A DNA stretch of 64,000 bases, taken from positions 128,001 to 192,000 of the forward strand of contig CAWBYW010000004.1 in assembly GCA_963792965.1 (NCBI GenBank), written 5' to 3'. Below are positions 1 through 8,679 of this stretch, one piece after another; the first letter of the stretch is position 1, and each line of letters begins with the position of its first letter. Both the position numbers and the translations under genes were made by a program. The notes beneath the pieces are model-generated. The model ran no database searches. It was not told where the DNA came from and saw only the letters and a program-made list of their open reading frames with translations. This stretch comes from an uncultured delta proteobacterium. GTDB lineage: Bacteria; Desulfobacterota; Zymogenia; Zymogenales; Zymogenaceae.

Positions 1-13
1 AAAGCCTCCCGAG

Positions 14-883
14 GTGCTCCGCGATAAGGACGGGTTCATCGCCCTGATCGCGGAGCGGCTGGCCGGCCACCCCCACAACTTCGCCTCCCGACGGCGTGAG
101 ATAGAAGAGCAGGAGCGGCAGGGGGGACGCATCGCCACGTCGGGTGTAATCCTCCTGGTCCGTTACTCGGAAAAGTCGAAGGGGTACGAGCTGATTCTCA
201 CGAAGCGATCGGCCCACGTTACCCAGCCGGGCGACCTGAGCTTTCCGGGGGGCCATGTCCACAAAATGGACAAGTACCACGGCCTTCTGATTTCAGGAGG
301 GGTCTCTCCCTGTGCGCGGGGAGAGGGGATCGGCGCGGGAAGGAGCTCCGGCGACCGGGCCGGTTTTCGGATCGCCGCCGACTACCTTGCCACGGCGCTG
401 CGCGAGACGCGGGAGGAAACGGGGATACCGTGCCGGGCGATCCGCTATCTCGGGTCACTGCCGTCCTACGGGATGGTCTCGTTTCGGAGGGTTATTTACC
501 CGGCGGTTGGGGTCGTCGTGGGTGATTTTGTTGAGTGTCTCAGCTGGGAGGTGGAGAGGCTGGTCCGCATCGATCTCTCGGATCTCTATGAGGCCGAACG
601 CTTCCATTGGATTCGATTCGAGGTGCCGGACGACATCCGGGAGGCATCCGGGAGATCGGACTGGAACTTCCCGTGCTTCGTGACCGGAGACGGCGACACG
701 CGGGAGATCCTCTGGGGGGCGACCTTCAACATCATCCTCTCCTTCTTGTGGATCGTGCTAAGCTTCCCGCTCCCCGATATCCCGAGGGACCGGTTCGTGA
801 CGAAGGAAATCCCCGTGAACTACTTTACGGGGACTTTTCGGCGCGACCTGAAGGAGGGATTGATACGGGAAAAGAAGAAGTAA
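14..883 (+). CDS. Nudix hydrolase, CoA pyrophosphatase-like; true start may lie outside the window
   Basis: LTKRS..QPGDLSFPGG, ALRETREETGI Nudix helix and LWGAT motif typical of CoAse Nudix. Confidence 0.8.
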   Translation: MLRDKDGFIALIAERLAGHPHNFASRRREIEEQERQGGRIATSGVILLVRYSEKSKGYELILTKRSAHVTQPGDLSFPGGHVHKMDKYHGLLISGGVSPCARGEGIGAGRSSGDRAGFRIAADYLATALRETREETGIPCRAIRYLGSLPSYGMVSFRRVIYPAVGVVVGDFVECLSWEVERLVRIDLSDLYEAERFHWIRFEVPDDIREASGRSDWNFPCFVTGDGDTREILWGATFNIILSFLWIVLSFPLPDIPRDRFVTKEIPVNYFTGTFRRDLKEGLIREKKK

Positions 884-1034
884 AAGATATCCCCCGTGGG
901 TCACGGGGGTGCACCGAGTAGCGTCTTGGAGCATCCCACGGTCGCGGACAGGCGGCGGACGTCCGGAGACCACTCCCCCAACGCGTGTGTTCGCCAATTC
1001 CTCGAAGGTTTCGGAGTCCGGCCGATATCTCCTC

Positions 1035-1064
1035 TTGACTATCACAAAATGATGATAATATAAT
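1035..1064 (+). promoter_or_regulatory. sigma70-type promoter
   Basis: TTGACT-18 nt-TATAAT upstream of the lipoprotein gene. Confidence 0.55.
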
Positions 1065-1188
1065 ACACATGAAAAGGTGCCTGACGGCAGGCCCGCTCGT
1101 GCGGCAAAGGTCATCGGGAAAGGGCCGAATGCGTACGTTTCATCATATTTAACTTTTATCATCGAATTATTCAGGAGAGAGGCAGGCG

Positions 1189-1662
1189 ATGAAAATGCTC
1201 CACCTTTTCCTCTTATGTGCGACCATCCTGATCTCGGCGGCCGCCTGTACGGGGAAGTCTCAGGACACGGGCGAGTATCTGGAATTCAACAGCGGGGGCG
1301 CTTTTCATCCTTCCGGGCACGGCCAATGGACGGCGAGGCTCTGCAGGGACGGGACCCTCTCCGTCCGACATACCGTGAGGGATAACGTCGTATCGGACAG
1401 CGTCTTCACCCTCACGGGTGATGAGGTGAATCGGCTCTTCGGCCTCTTCTGTTCGGTCAACGTCAAGGGATTGGGATCGTCGACACGCCCGGGCCTGCCC
1501 GACGAGGCGGAGTATATCTTTGTCCTGAAGGACGGTTCGGGCATCTTCAAGAAATCGGTCTGGATCGGCGATGCGCAGGACAACGCAGCGATTATGGAGC
1601 TGGTGGGTTATACCGAGACGCTTATCCAGAAATATACCGGTGAGAAGCCCGTGCTGCGCTGA
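1189..1662 (+). CDS. hypothetical lipoprotein
   Basis: Hydrophobic signal peptide ending AAAC (lipobox-like); purine-rich RBS upstream. Confidence 0.65.
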   Translation: MKMLHLFLLCATILISAAACTGKSQDTGEYLEFNSGGAFHPSGHGQWTARLCRDGTLSVRHTVRDNVVSDSVFTLTGDEVNRLFGLFCSVNVKGLGSSTRPGLPDEAEYIFVLKDGSGIFKKSVWIGDAQDNAAIMELVGYTETLIQKYTGEKPVLR

Positions 1663-1667
1663 GTCTC

Positions 1668-2261
1668 TTACCTTCCTCCGACAATGACCGTCGAATCTTC
1701 CCATCCGTAAGCGATATCGCTGAGACGTTTCCCGCCGAGCGTCACCTCCCGCCGCCCGACGATCTTCCCCCCGAGGCGCTCATAGAGGGAGGCCGCCCTG
1801 TACCCGTCGAAGACCCAGACCATCATCGACGCCATGCCCCGGGTGAGCAGACCCCGCGCAACCGCCTTGACGAGATCCGTCCCCAGTCCCCCGTGTCGTT
1901 GTCTCTTATCTACGTAGACATAGTAGAGCTCCCCGGCAAAGCTTCCTAAAAGGGAGTACCCGCGGTCCCGAAACGGCCCGCCGACGGAAAAGGCGACGAC
2001 GCCGACGTTCGGGTCCTCGGCGACGAAGACGTCGATTGCCGCGTCTTCGATCATCGCCCGGTAGTCCCGTCCCTCCTCGTCGTTTATGAGGCCGCCGCCA
2101 TCGTCAAAGGACAGCGCCGCGAGGTAGTCGCCCGGGACGATGCCCCGGTAGTCGCTTTTCCAGGTATCGACGTGTATCCGTGCGAGGGCCTCGGCGTCCG
2201 TACGGACAGCCGGCCTGATTGGGGAATAGGGAAGTCCTGAGGGTTGCGGGGTTTCAGACAT
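1668..2261 (-). CDS. GNAT-family N-acetyltransferase
   Basis: IRPA..DAEALARIHVDTW, QRHGGLGTDL acetyl-CoA motif, ASLYERLGG. Confidence 0.85.
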   Translation of the reverse strand: MSETPQPSGLPYSPIRPAVRTDAEALARIHVDTWKSDYRGIVPGDYLAALSFDDGGGLINDEEGRDYRAMIEDAAIDVFVAEDPNVGVVAFSVGGPFRDRGYSLLGSFAGELYYVYVDKRQRHGGLGTDLVKAVARGLLTRGMASMMVWVFDGYRAASLYERLGGKIVGRREVTLGGKRLSDIAYGWEDSTVIVGGR

Positions 2262-2296
2262 ACAATGGCCCGGCGTGGATGACCGACGAAAAAAGA

Positions 2297-3094
2297 CTAT
2301 TTATCCATGATCTCGGAAATACGGGAGATCGAGGCGGCCCAGCCCGTCTCTTCATCGATCTCGCACAGGATAGCGTCTGCCCGGGCGCGCCCCTGGGCCG
2401 GCTTCGGGAAACTCTTGATCGAGGTGGTGAAGCGCCTGATTTCCCCCTCTTTCTCAAATCCCACCACGGAATCGTAGGCGCCGATCATCCCGACATCCGT
2501 GATGGAGGCGGTTCCGGTCTTGCTGACCGACTCGTCGGACGTCTGGACGAGTGTCCCCGTCCCCGCAATCAGGGACAGCATCCCGTCCAGGTGGTGCTTC
2601 ATTGCCGCTTTTTCCGCGGAGGGGACGGCGTAAAAATCCATAACGATTACCTGCACGCTTTCCCGCATCCCCTTGAGTATCCCCTGGACGATGGGAAAGG
2701 GGTTTTCGGGTAGGAGCTTTTTGATGAAGGTATATCCGGAGAGGTTAATGATTCCGACGCGGGGCGATCCTTTCGCCGCCTCGGTAATGAGTATCCCCTT
2801 GCCCGGGCTTGTTGGGGGGAGGTTGTGGGGGCGAAGCACCCGGTCGGTCTTGGCGATGAAGTCTTCGATGTCGCTCTGGGACCAGATGTCCTGTCCCATC
2901 GTGATGACGTCGACCCCCGCGTCCAAGAGCTCGGTGGCGGTGTCTTTCGTGAGGCCGGCGCCTTCGGCCGCGTGGTTTGCGTTGGCGATCACGAGATCGG
3001 GCCTGCCGTCTCGTTTGACAATATCGGCCAGAAACCGGGTGGCCGCGTGCCTCCCCGTCTTCCCCACGATCACGCCGAGAAAGAGTATCTTCAT
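2297..3094 (-). CDS. YmdB/TIGR00282-family protein, predicted catalytically inactive
   Basis: Colinear with YmdB (MKILFLGxIVG, RPHNLP..PGKG, INLSG, VQTSD, ITDVGMIG.YDSV.G) but all metal ligands are substituted. Confidence 0.85.
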   Translation of the reverse strand: MKILFLGVIVGKTGRHAATRFLADIVKRDGRPDLVIANANHAAEGAGLTKDTATELLDAGVDVITMGQDIWSQSDIEDFIAKTDRVLRPHNLPPTSPGKGILITEAAKGSPRVGIINLSGYTFIKKLLPENPFPIVQGILKGMRESVQVIVMDFYAVPSAEKAAMKHHLDGMLSLIAGTGTLVQTSDESVSKTGTASITDVGMIGAYDSVVGFEKEGEIRRFTTSIKSFPKPAQGRARADAILCEIDEETGWAASISRISEIMDK

Positions 3095-3900
3095 AGATGT
3101 GCTTCCCGAATTTTCATCGTGTCGGCGTTCATCCTCAGGACGGTACGTGTCTTCCTGAAGAAACCGAGATTCATCGCCGTCGTGCGTCCGATCTTGATAT
3201 CCCTCAGCCGTGGGTTGTGGACGTGCCCGAAAAAAGAATAGGTCGGCTCGTGCCGATAAATATAGTCCAGGAGATCCGCGCTTGCGCGCTCATCCCTCCG
3301 GGCAATGGTATCGTAGATGATGTCCGGGACCTCCGGCGGGACATGGGTGACGACTATGTCCACAGTCCCAAGTGAAAATATCCGCCGGTGGAAGTCGGCG
3401 CGGGGGACTTCACCGGAAAGCCCCATGGTGCCCTTTCCCTCGGGCATCCCCGAGACGAGGCCGATTTTAATATCTCGGACGTCGATAACACTCGACTCAA
3501 CGAGGCGGGCCCTTCCATCGAGCCTCGCCTTGAGGATATCGGGATAGTCGTCGTTACCGTAGATAATATAGGCGGGGCAGGGGAGCGATTCTTTCAGCCG
3601 GTCATAAGTTTCTTCGATGAGGGGGCGCACCCTCTCGTAGCGCGGCTCGCCCGGCGTCGAGACCTCTCGGATCCCCTGGCGCACGCGGGCAAAGTTCCCC
3701 TTCGCATACTCCGCCAGCCCTTCCGCGAGCTCTTCGGGGGTGAAGGCGTGCCAGAGGATCCCCTTCGTGATATCGGCAAAATCCATGAAGTTGAGGAGAT
3801 CCCCCGCGATAAAGAGGGTGTCCTCGGCCGCGCAGAGACGCGAGAGGGCGTCGAATTCCCCGTGGATATCGCCGACGAAAACCAGCTCTCCGTTGCCCAT
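3091..3900 (-). CDS. calcineurin-like metallophosphoesterase
   Basis: GDIHG, GDLLN, GNDD, THVPP and GHVH motifs. Confidence 0.85.
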   Translation of the reverse strand: MGNGELVFVGDIHGEFDALSRLCAAEDTLFIAGDLLNFMDFADITKGILWHAFTPEELAEGLAEYAKGNFARVRQGIREVSTPGEPRYERVRPLIEETYDRLKESLPCPAYIIYGNDDYPDILKARLDGRARLVESSVIDVRDIKIGLVSGMPEGKGTMGLSGEVPRADFHRRIFSLGTVDIVVTHVPPEVPDIIYDTIARRDERASADLLDYIYRHEPTYSFFGHVHNPRLRDIKIGRTTAMNLGFFRKTRTVLRMNADTMKIREAHL

Positions 3901-3981
3901 AGAGTGTTGTCCGTTAGGAAAAAATAATTGTAACCGATTTCTCCGGCCGGGTATACGAAAAAGTGACGCGTGCGGATCGTT

Positions 3982-6126
3982 TTATCCGAGGCCGAGCACG
4001 AGCCCGATCCGGTAGGCCGCAAACGCCACGATCCATGCAAGCACAAGGGAGTAGCCCACGGAGAAGGCGGCAAAGGTCGGGGAGGCCTCCCGGCTGATGG
4101 CGCCCACCGCCGCCAGGCACGGCGTGTAAAGGAGGACGAAGATCATGAAGGCATAGGCGGCGGCGCTCGTCCATCCGGCCCCCTTCATCGCATCACCGAT
4201 GGACCGCTTGCCCCCCGCTCCGTACAGGACACCGAAGGTGGAGACGACGATCTCCTTTGCGACGAAGCCGCTCAAAAGCGCGACGGACGCCTCCCAGGGA
4301 AAGCCGATGGGGGCAAAGACCGGGGAGACCGCAAGCCCGATCCGCTCGAGATAGCTTGCGCGGGAGAGGTCAAGAGGACTTTTCGTTTCCGCGCCGCCCC
4401 GGGCGGGCAGCGTGGCTGATACCGTGTCGCCGCCGGCGACGGTGTAGGTCGTCTCGGCCGGACGGGGCGCGGCGCCGCCGGTCGTGCCGATCGTGGCGGG
4501 GTAATGGGAGAGGAGAAAGACCACGATCGCGCCCAACAGGATAACCGTTGACATCTTCCTTAAGAAGAGCGAGCCCTGCTCCCACATATGCAAGAGTGTG
4601 CCGCGGAGCGTGGGAAGGCGGTAGGGCGGCAGCTCCATGACGAAGGGGGCGCTCTTCTTCGGGAAGAGGGCCTTCCTGAAGAACCTGCCGAGGATAAAGG
4701 CCAACACGATCCCCAACAGATAGACAGAAAAGATTACGTTACCTGCGTGGCTCGGGAAAAAGGTCCCGGCCAGAAGAATATAAACGGGAAGACGGGCGCT
4801 GCAGCTCACCAGCGGGTTGATCAGGATGGTGATGATACGGTCGTCCCTCGAGTCGAGCGTGCGCGTTGCCATGATGGCCGGGACGTTGCACCCAAACCCC
4901 ATGATCATCGGGATGAACGATTTACCGTGGAGGCCGAGAGAATGCATGACCTTGTCCATGATGAAGGCGGCCCGTGCCATGTACCCCGTGTCCTCGAAGA
5001 TCGAGATGATGAGGTAGAGAATAAATATGTTGGGAACGAAGACGGCCACCCCGCCGACGCCGGGGATAATCCCCTCGGCCAGGAGCGCGCTGAAGAAGCC
5101 GCCGGGCAAAACCGTCAGGACGAATCGGGAAAGCCACTCCACCCCATCCTTGATCCAGTGGGCCGGGTATCCGCCGAGCGTGAAGGTGAGCTGGAACATC
5201 GCCCAGATGAAGAAGAAAAGGATCGGAAAGCCGAGGATGCGGTTGATGAGGACGGCGTCGATTCTGTTGCTGACGTCGATCCGGTCTCTCTTCTCGCGTC
5301 GGACCGCTTCCCTGACGGCGCCGCCGATGAATCCATACCGACGGTCCACTATGATCGTGGCCGGATCGTCGCCGAAAAGCGACGTGACGCGTGATCCGGC
5401 GATCCTTACGGATTTCAGGGCGTCGGCGGCAGACGTGGACTTCTCGGTGACAAGGCGTGTTACGTCGGGGTCGTCTTCGAGGAGCTTGACGGCGATCCAG
5501 CGCGTGGGGTAGGCGGACGCGAAGGCGCGATCGCGGGCCAGGATCGTCCGAATCGCCTGGATCTCTTCTTCGATCTCCTTCGGATATCGGATCTCAACGT
5601 CCCGCGTTGGCTCTTCGGCGGCCGGCCCCTCCTCGTAGGCGGAGACGATCGCGCCAAGCAACTCGGTAAAGCCCTCGCCCTTCGTGCCGACGACCGAGAC
5701 AATCGGTGTCCCGAAGAGATGTGAGAGGCCCTCGGTGTCGATAGCGAGCCCGTTTTCTCGGGCAAGGTCCGTCATCGTGAATGCAAGAACCAGCTTTACT
5801 TTGAGCTCGATCAATTGGGCGGTGAGATAGAGGTTGCGATCGAGGTTGGATGCATCGACGACGTTGAGCACGACGTCTGGCTTTTCGGTCAGGATAAAAT
5901 TCCTGGCGATGATTTCTTCGATCGAGTAGGCGGTCAGGCTGTAGATGCCCGGAAGGTCGACGAAATGAATGGTATAGTCGCCGGACCGGGCCGTCCCTTC
6001 CTTCTTCTCGACCGTTACCCCGCTCCAGTTCCCGACCTTCTGCCGGGATCCGGTGAGCCGGTTGAAGATCGTGGTTTTGCCTGCGTTGGGATTTCCCGCC
6101 AGCGCTACGGTGATTTTTTTCGCCAA
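3982..6126 (-). CDS. feoB: ferrous iron transporter FeoB
   Basis: GNPNAGKT, VGNWSGVTVE, DLPG, EDTGYMARAAF, GFGCNVPA, SCSARLP, ELPPY; TTG start. Confidence 0.97.
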   Translation of the reverse strand: MAKKITVALAGNPNAGKTTIFNRLTGSRQKVGNWSGVTVEKKEGTARSGDYTIHFVDLPGIYSLTAYSIEEIIARNFILTEKPDVVLNVVDASNLDRNLYLTAQLIELKVKLVLAFTMTDLARENGLAIDTEGLSHLFGTPIVSVVGTKGEGFTELLGAIVSAYEEGPAAEEPTRDVEIRYPKEIEEEIQAIRTILARDRAFASAYPTRWIAVKLLEDDPDVTRLVTEKSTSAADALKSVRIAGSRVTSLFGDDPATIIVDRRYGFIGGAVREAVRREKRDRIDVSNRIDAVLINRILGFPILFFFIWAMFQLTFTLGGYPAHWIKDGVEWLSRFVLTVLPGGFFSALLAEGIIPGVGGVAVFVPNIFILYLIISIFEDTGYMARAAFIMDKVMHSLGLHGKSFIPMIMGFGCNVPAIMATRTLDSRDDRIITILINPLVSCSARLPVYILLAGTFFPSHAGNVIFSVYLLGIVLAFILGRFFRKALFPKKSAPFVMELPPYRLPTLRGTLLHMWEQGSLFLRKMSTVILLGAIVVFLLSHYPATIGTTGGAAPRPAETTYTVAGGDTVSATLPARGGAETKSPLDLSRASYLERIGLAVSPVFAPIGFPWEASVALLSGFVAKEIVVSTFGVLYGAGGKRSIGDAMKGAGWTSAAAYAFMIFVLLYTPCLAAVGAISREASPTFAAFSVGYSLVLAWIVAFAAYRIGLVLGLG

Positions 6127-6413
6127 CGGTGACGTCCCCCGTGGGAACCACCTTCAGATGCGGGTTCCGATTTCAGGGATAATCGGCGGGGGGGCAGGGT
6201 AACCTCAACGAAAGAAGAATCCTCCCTCCGGAGGCTTACGTGATAGTGCTTAATAACGAATTCAATAGGGTCCTTCAGGGGGGCATAGCGCTGGACGAAG
6301 ACAGTCTCGCCGGGAATGAATCCCATCTCCATCAGCCTTTTCCTGAAAGGTCCGCTGCCGCGGACATGCGAGATGGTCGCGCAATTACCTTGTTTGAGAT
6401 CCGCCAACGTCAT
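6105..6413 (-). CDS. feoA: FeoA; possibly fused to FeoB via the A7 run
   Basis: RLMEMGFIPG...APLKDPIE...SLRR motif. Confidence 0.92.
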   Translation of the reverse strand: MTLADLKQGNCATISHVRGSGPFRKRLMEMGFIPGETVFVQRYAPLKDPIEFVIKHYHVSLRREDSSFVEVTLPPRRLSLKSEPASEGGSHGGRHRWRKKSP

Positions 6414-6603
6414 AATCGGTCACCTTTCATGTGGCATCAGAAAGAAAGCGTGTATATAAAAAAATCCTCGTACCGCAGATCGGTACCCATTATCGTCCTA
6501 TCGGTTATTTCATAGATCGGGGACGTGAGGTCCCACCGTTTACTGAGGATGTTCATAGCACGTGATCGAATATTCACGTCCCGTCCCATATATAGCCGGC
6601 TGC

Positions 6604-6625
6604 AATGGAGACTCATTCTCATAAT
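6604..6625 (-). promoter_or_regulatory. Fur-box-like operator upstream of feoAB
   Basis: Minus strand reads ATTATGAGAATGAGTCTCCATT, an imperfect TGAGA-N5-TCTC(A) palindrome between fur and feoA. Confidence 0.65.
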
Positions 6626-6638
6626 AAGGACAAAAAAA

Positions 6639-7064
6639 TTATCGACATTTACCGCAAAATCCCCTGATCCTCAATTCATGATCGATGGAAGTAAAGTCGT
6701 TCTTCTCGCAAATAAGATCCTGGTACCGTTCTATCGAGTCATCTCTGAATTCTATAATCCTGCCGCACGCGATACAGATCAGATGATCGTGATGATCATG
6801 TCCAAACATATATTCATAGCCCACCGTGCTTTGACGACTGAGGCTCTCCTTCACGAGGCCGCTCTCGATAAGGAGTGGGAGGGTCCTGTAGACGGAGGCA
6901 CGGGAGATGAGCTTGCCCTGTCCGCGGAGATGCTCGTAGAGCTCGTCGGCGCTGAAATGACGTCCTATAGCTGCTGCGCCCTCTAAAACAGCATGCCGCT
7001 CGGCCGTAGATTTTAGGCCCTTTATCTTGAGGAAATCGGTGAAAATTTTCTTTGGTACTCTCAT
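6639..7064 (-). CDS. fur: Fur-family transcriptional regulator; start placed at MRVPKK
   Basis: GLKSTAER, HFSADEL, ISRASVYRTL, HDHHDHLICIACG, GFCGKC; adjacent to feoAB. Confidence 0.9.
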   Translation of the reverse strand: MRVPKKIFTDFLKIKGLKSTAERHAVLEGAAAIGRHFSADELYEHLRGQGKLISRASVYRTLPLLIESGLVKESLSRQSTVGYEYMFGHDHHDHLICIACGRIIEFRDDSIERYQDLICEKNDFTSIDHELRIRGFCGKCR

Positions 7065-7074
7065 CGTTTTATAC

Positions 7075-7124
7075 TGATATTGAGTCTCAATTACACTTAT
7101 ATCAGACAATGAGAATCATGTCAA
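7075..7124 (-). promoter_or_regulatory. fur promoter with two Fur-box-like sites (autoregulation)
   Basis: Minus-strand TTGACA (7119-7124)-17-TATAAG (7096-7101); TGATATTGAGTCTCA at 7075-7089 and TGAGAATCATGTCAA at 7110-7124. Confidence 0.65.
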
Positions 7125-7349
7125 GTCTTTTTCTGCATCGGTCGGCGTCGTTAGCCGCGCGGCTGTTTCGCTTGGAGATGATCCGAGATATCCCTCGATA
7201 CGCCGCTGTGGATGACCGTAATGTTCGGCGACATGTCAGAGAAAATGACACGTACGTCACGAACGGGGAGTGCCTTCTGTCTTTAATGCTACTACGGGGT
7301 GGTTGTCGTCAATATCCTCGTCGGACGTGCCGCCGCTTCGCTGTCTTCC

Positions 7350-7378
7350 TTGACATACCGTGGCCGCTTTATTACAAT
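7350..7378 (+). promoter_or_regulatory. sigma70 promoter, likely giving a leaderless mRNA
   Basis: TTGACA-17-TACAAT ending 6 nt before the GTG at 7385. Confidence 0.65.
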
Positions 7379-7384
7379 GGATTG

Positions 7385-8101
7385 GTGAAACACTTCATAT
7401 TCGTCGCCGACGATTTCGGCCTGTCCAAAGAAATCAACGAGGGCATCCGCTATACCCATCGGGCGGGCGCGGTCGCGCTTGCGTCGCTCATGGTGAGGGA
7501 GGACGCATCCTCACAGGCGGTAAAGATTGCGCGGGAGTGTCCGGGTCTGGTGGTCGGCCTCCACCTCCGCGTTGACCAGCTGCTCGACGTCGATCCCGGA
7601 TTCTGGGCCGGGGAGCGGCACGAGGGGTTTTGTGAAAAGATCGATGATGCTCGCCTCAGGGACGCGATCAGGGCCGAGTGTGAAGCGCAGGTCCGGGAGT
7701 TTTTATCGCTCGGTTTTGCGCCGACCTTTTTGAATAGCCATTACCACGTCCACACGGTACCGTCGCTCTTTCCAATCTTTGTGGACGTTGCGCGGGCGCA
7801 CGGATTTCGCTTCATGCGGCTCTCTGTCCACACGCCGCTCTTATTGCACCCGGATATTCCGATCACGCAACACGTGCTCTCCGGTATGTCGCTCACGCTC
7901 ACGGGAGCGGGGATCGCCCACACCGACTGGTTTGAGCCGACGTTCTTTTACCTTCTTCCCCCCAAGCTGTCCGACGGGGTGACCGAGCTCATGTTCCATC
8001 CCGCCGTCGGAGATTCCGAGGCCGGGTATCTGGACCTGGCCCGGCTCCTTGTGTGGGGAGATATGCTGAGGGCGGACGGATGCAGCGAGGTGTTCCCGTA
8101 A
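7385..8101 (+). CDS. ChbG/HpnK (YdjC) family carbohydrate deacetylase
   Basis: FIFVADDFG, ASLMV, VGLHL, LNSHYHVH, TELMFHP; start moved to GTG 7385. Confidence 0.85.
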   Translation: MKHFIFVADDFGLSKEINEGIRYTHRAGAVALASLMVREDASSQAVKIARECPGLVVGLHLRVDQLLDVDPGFWAGERHEGFCEKIDDARLRDAIRAECEAQVREFLSLGFAPTFLNSHYHVHTVPSLFPIFVDVARAHGFRFMRLSVHTPLLLHPDIPITQHVLSGMSLTLTGAGIAHTDWFEPTFFYLLPPKLSDGVTELMFHPAVGDSEAGYLDLARLLVWGDMLRADGCSEVFP

Positions 8102-8102
8102 A

Positions 8103-8480
8103 ATGGGCGCGGGATTTTCTGAAGAGAGATTTGAACACTACGTCAAGGTAGCGCTCGCTGAGCTCCCGGAGGAGTTCCGACGGCGTATGAAGAATATCGC
8201 CGTCTCCGTTGAGCCCTATCCCACGCGGGGAGACCTGAGGTCCGTGGGGCTTACGGACAAGAGGCGGCTGCTTGGTATCTATCGGGGCATTCCCTTCAAC
8301 GCGGTCAGTTCCTTCTATTCGGGACCCGTGATGCCGTCGGAGATCGTGCTTTTCCAGAAGAATCTTGAGGCGCAGGCGGACAGCGAGGAAGAGCTGGTAG
8401 AGGAGATCCGCATCACCCTCCTGCACGAGATCGGGCATTATTTCGGCATGAGCGAGGATGACCTCGCTCAGTATATGTAG
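8103..8480 (+). CDS. zincin-like metallopeptidase (Zincin_1 family)
   Basis: LLGIYRGIP, TLLHEIGHYFG. Confidence 0.88.
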   Translation: MGAGFSEERFEHYVKVALAELPEEFRRRMKNIAVSVEPYPTRGDLRSVGLTDKRRLLGIYRGIPFNAVSSFYSGPVMPSEIVLFQKNLEAQADSEEELVEEIRITLLHEIGHYFGMSEDDLAQYM

Positions 8481-8679
8481 CAAACGAGGGAAGGGCGGTG
8501 AGCGACGGGTGCGGACGGTGCTCGCCGTTTGCCCGGACGATAAAACCCTCGATTACCCTTCCCACGTCTTGACAAGACTATGACAATATAATAGAGTATC
8601 AGAGATTCTTACCGTGTATATTGTATCCTTGATCCTCAACCTCAACGGTCCCGACCACCGTTTCTAAAGGAGACATACG

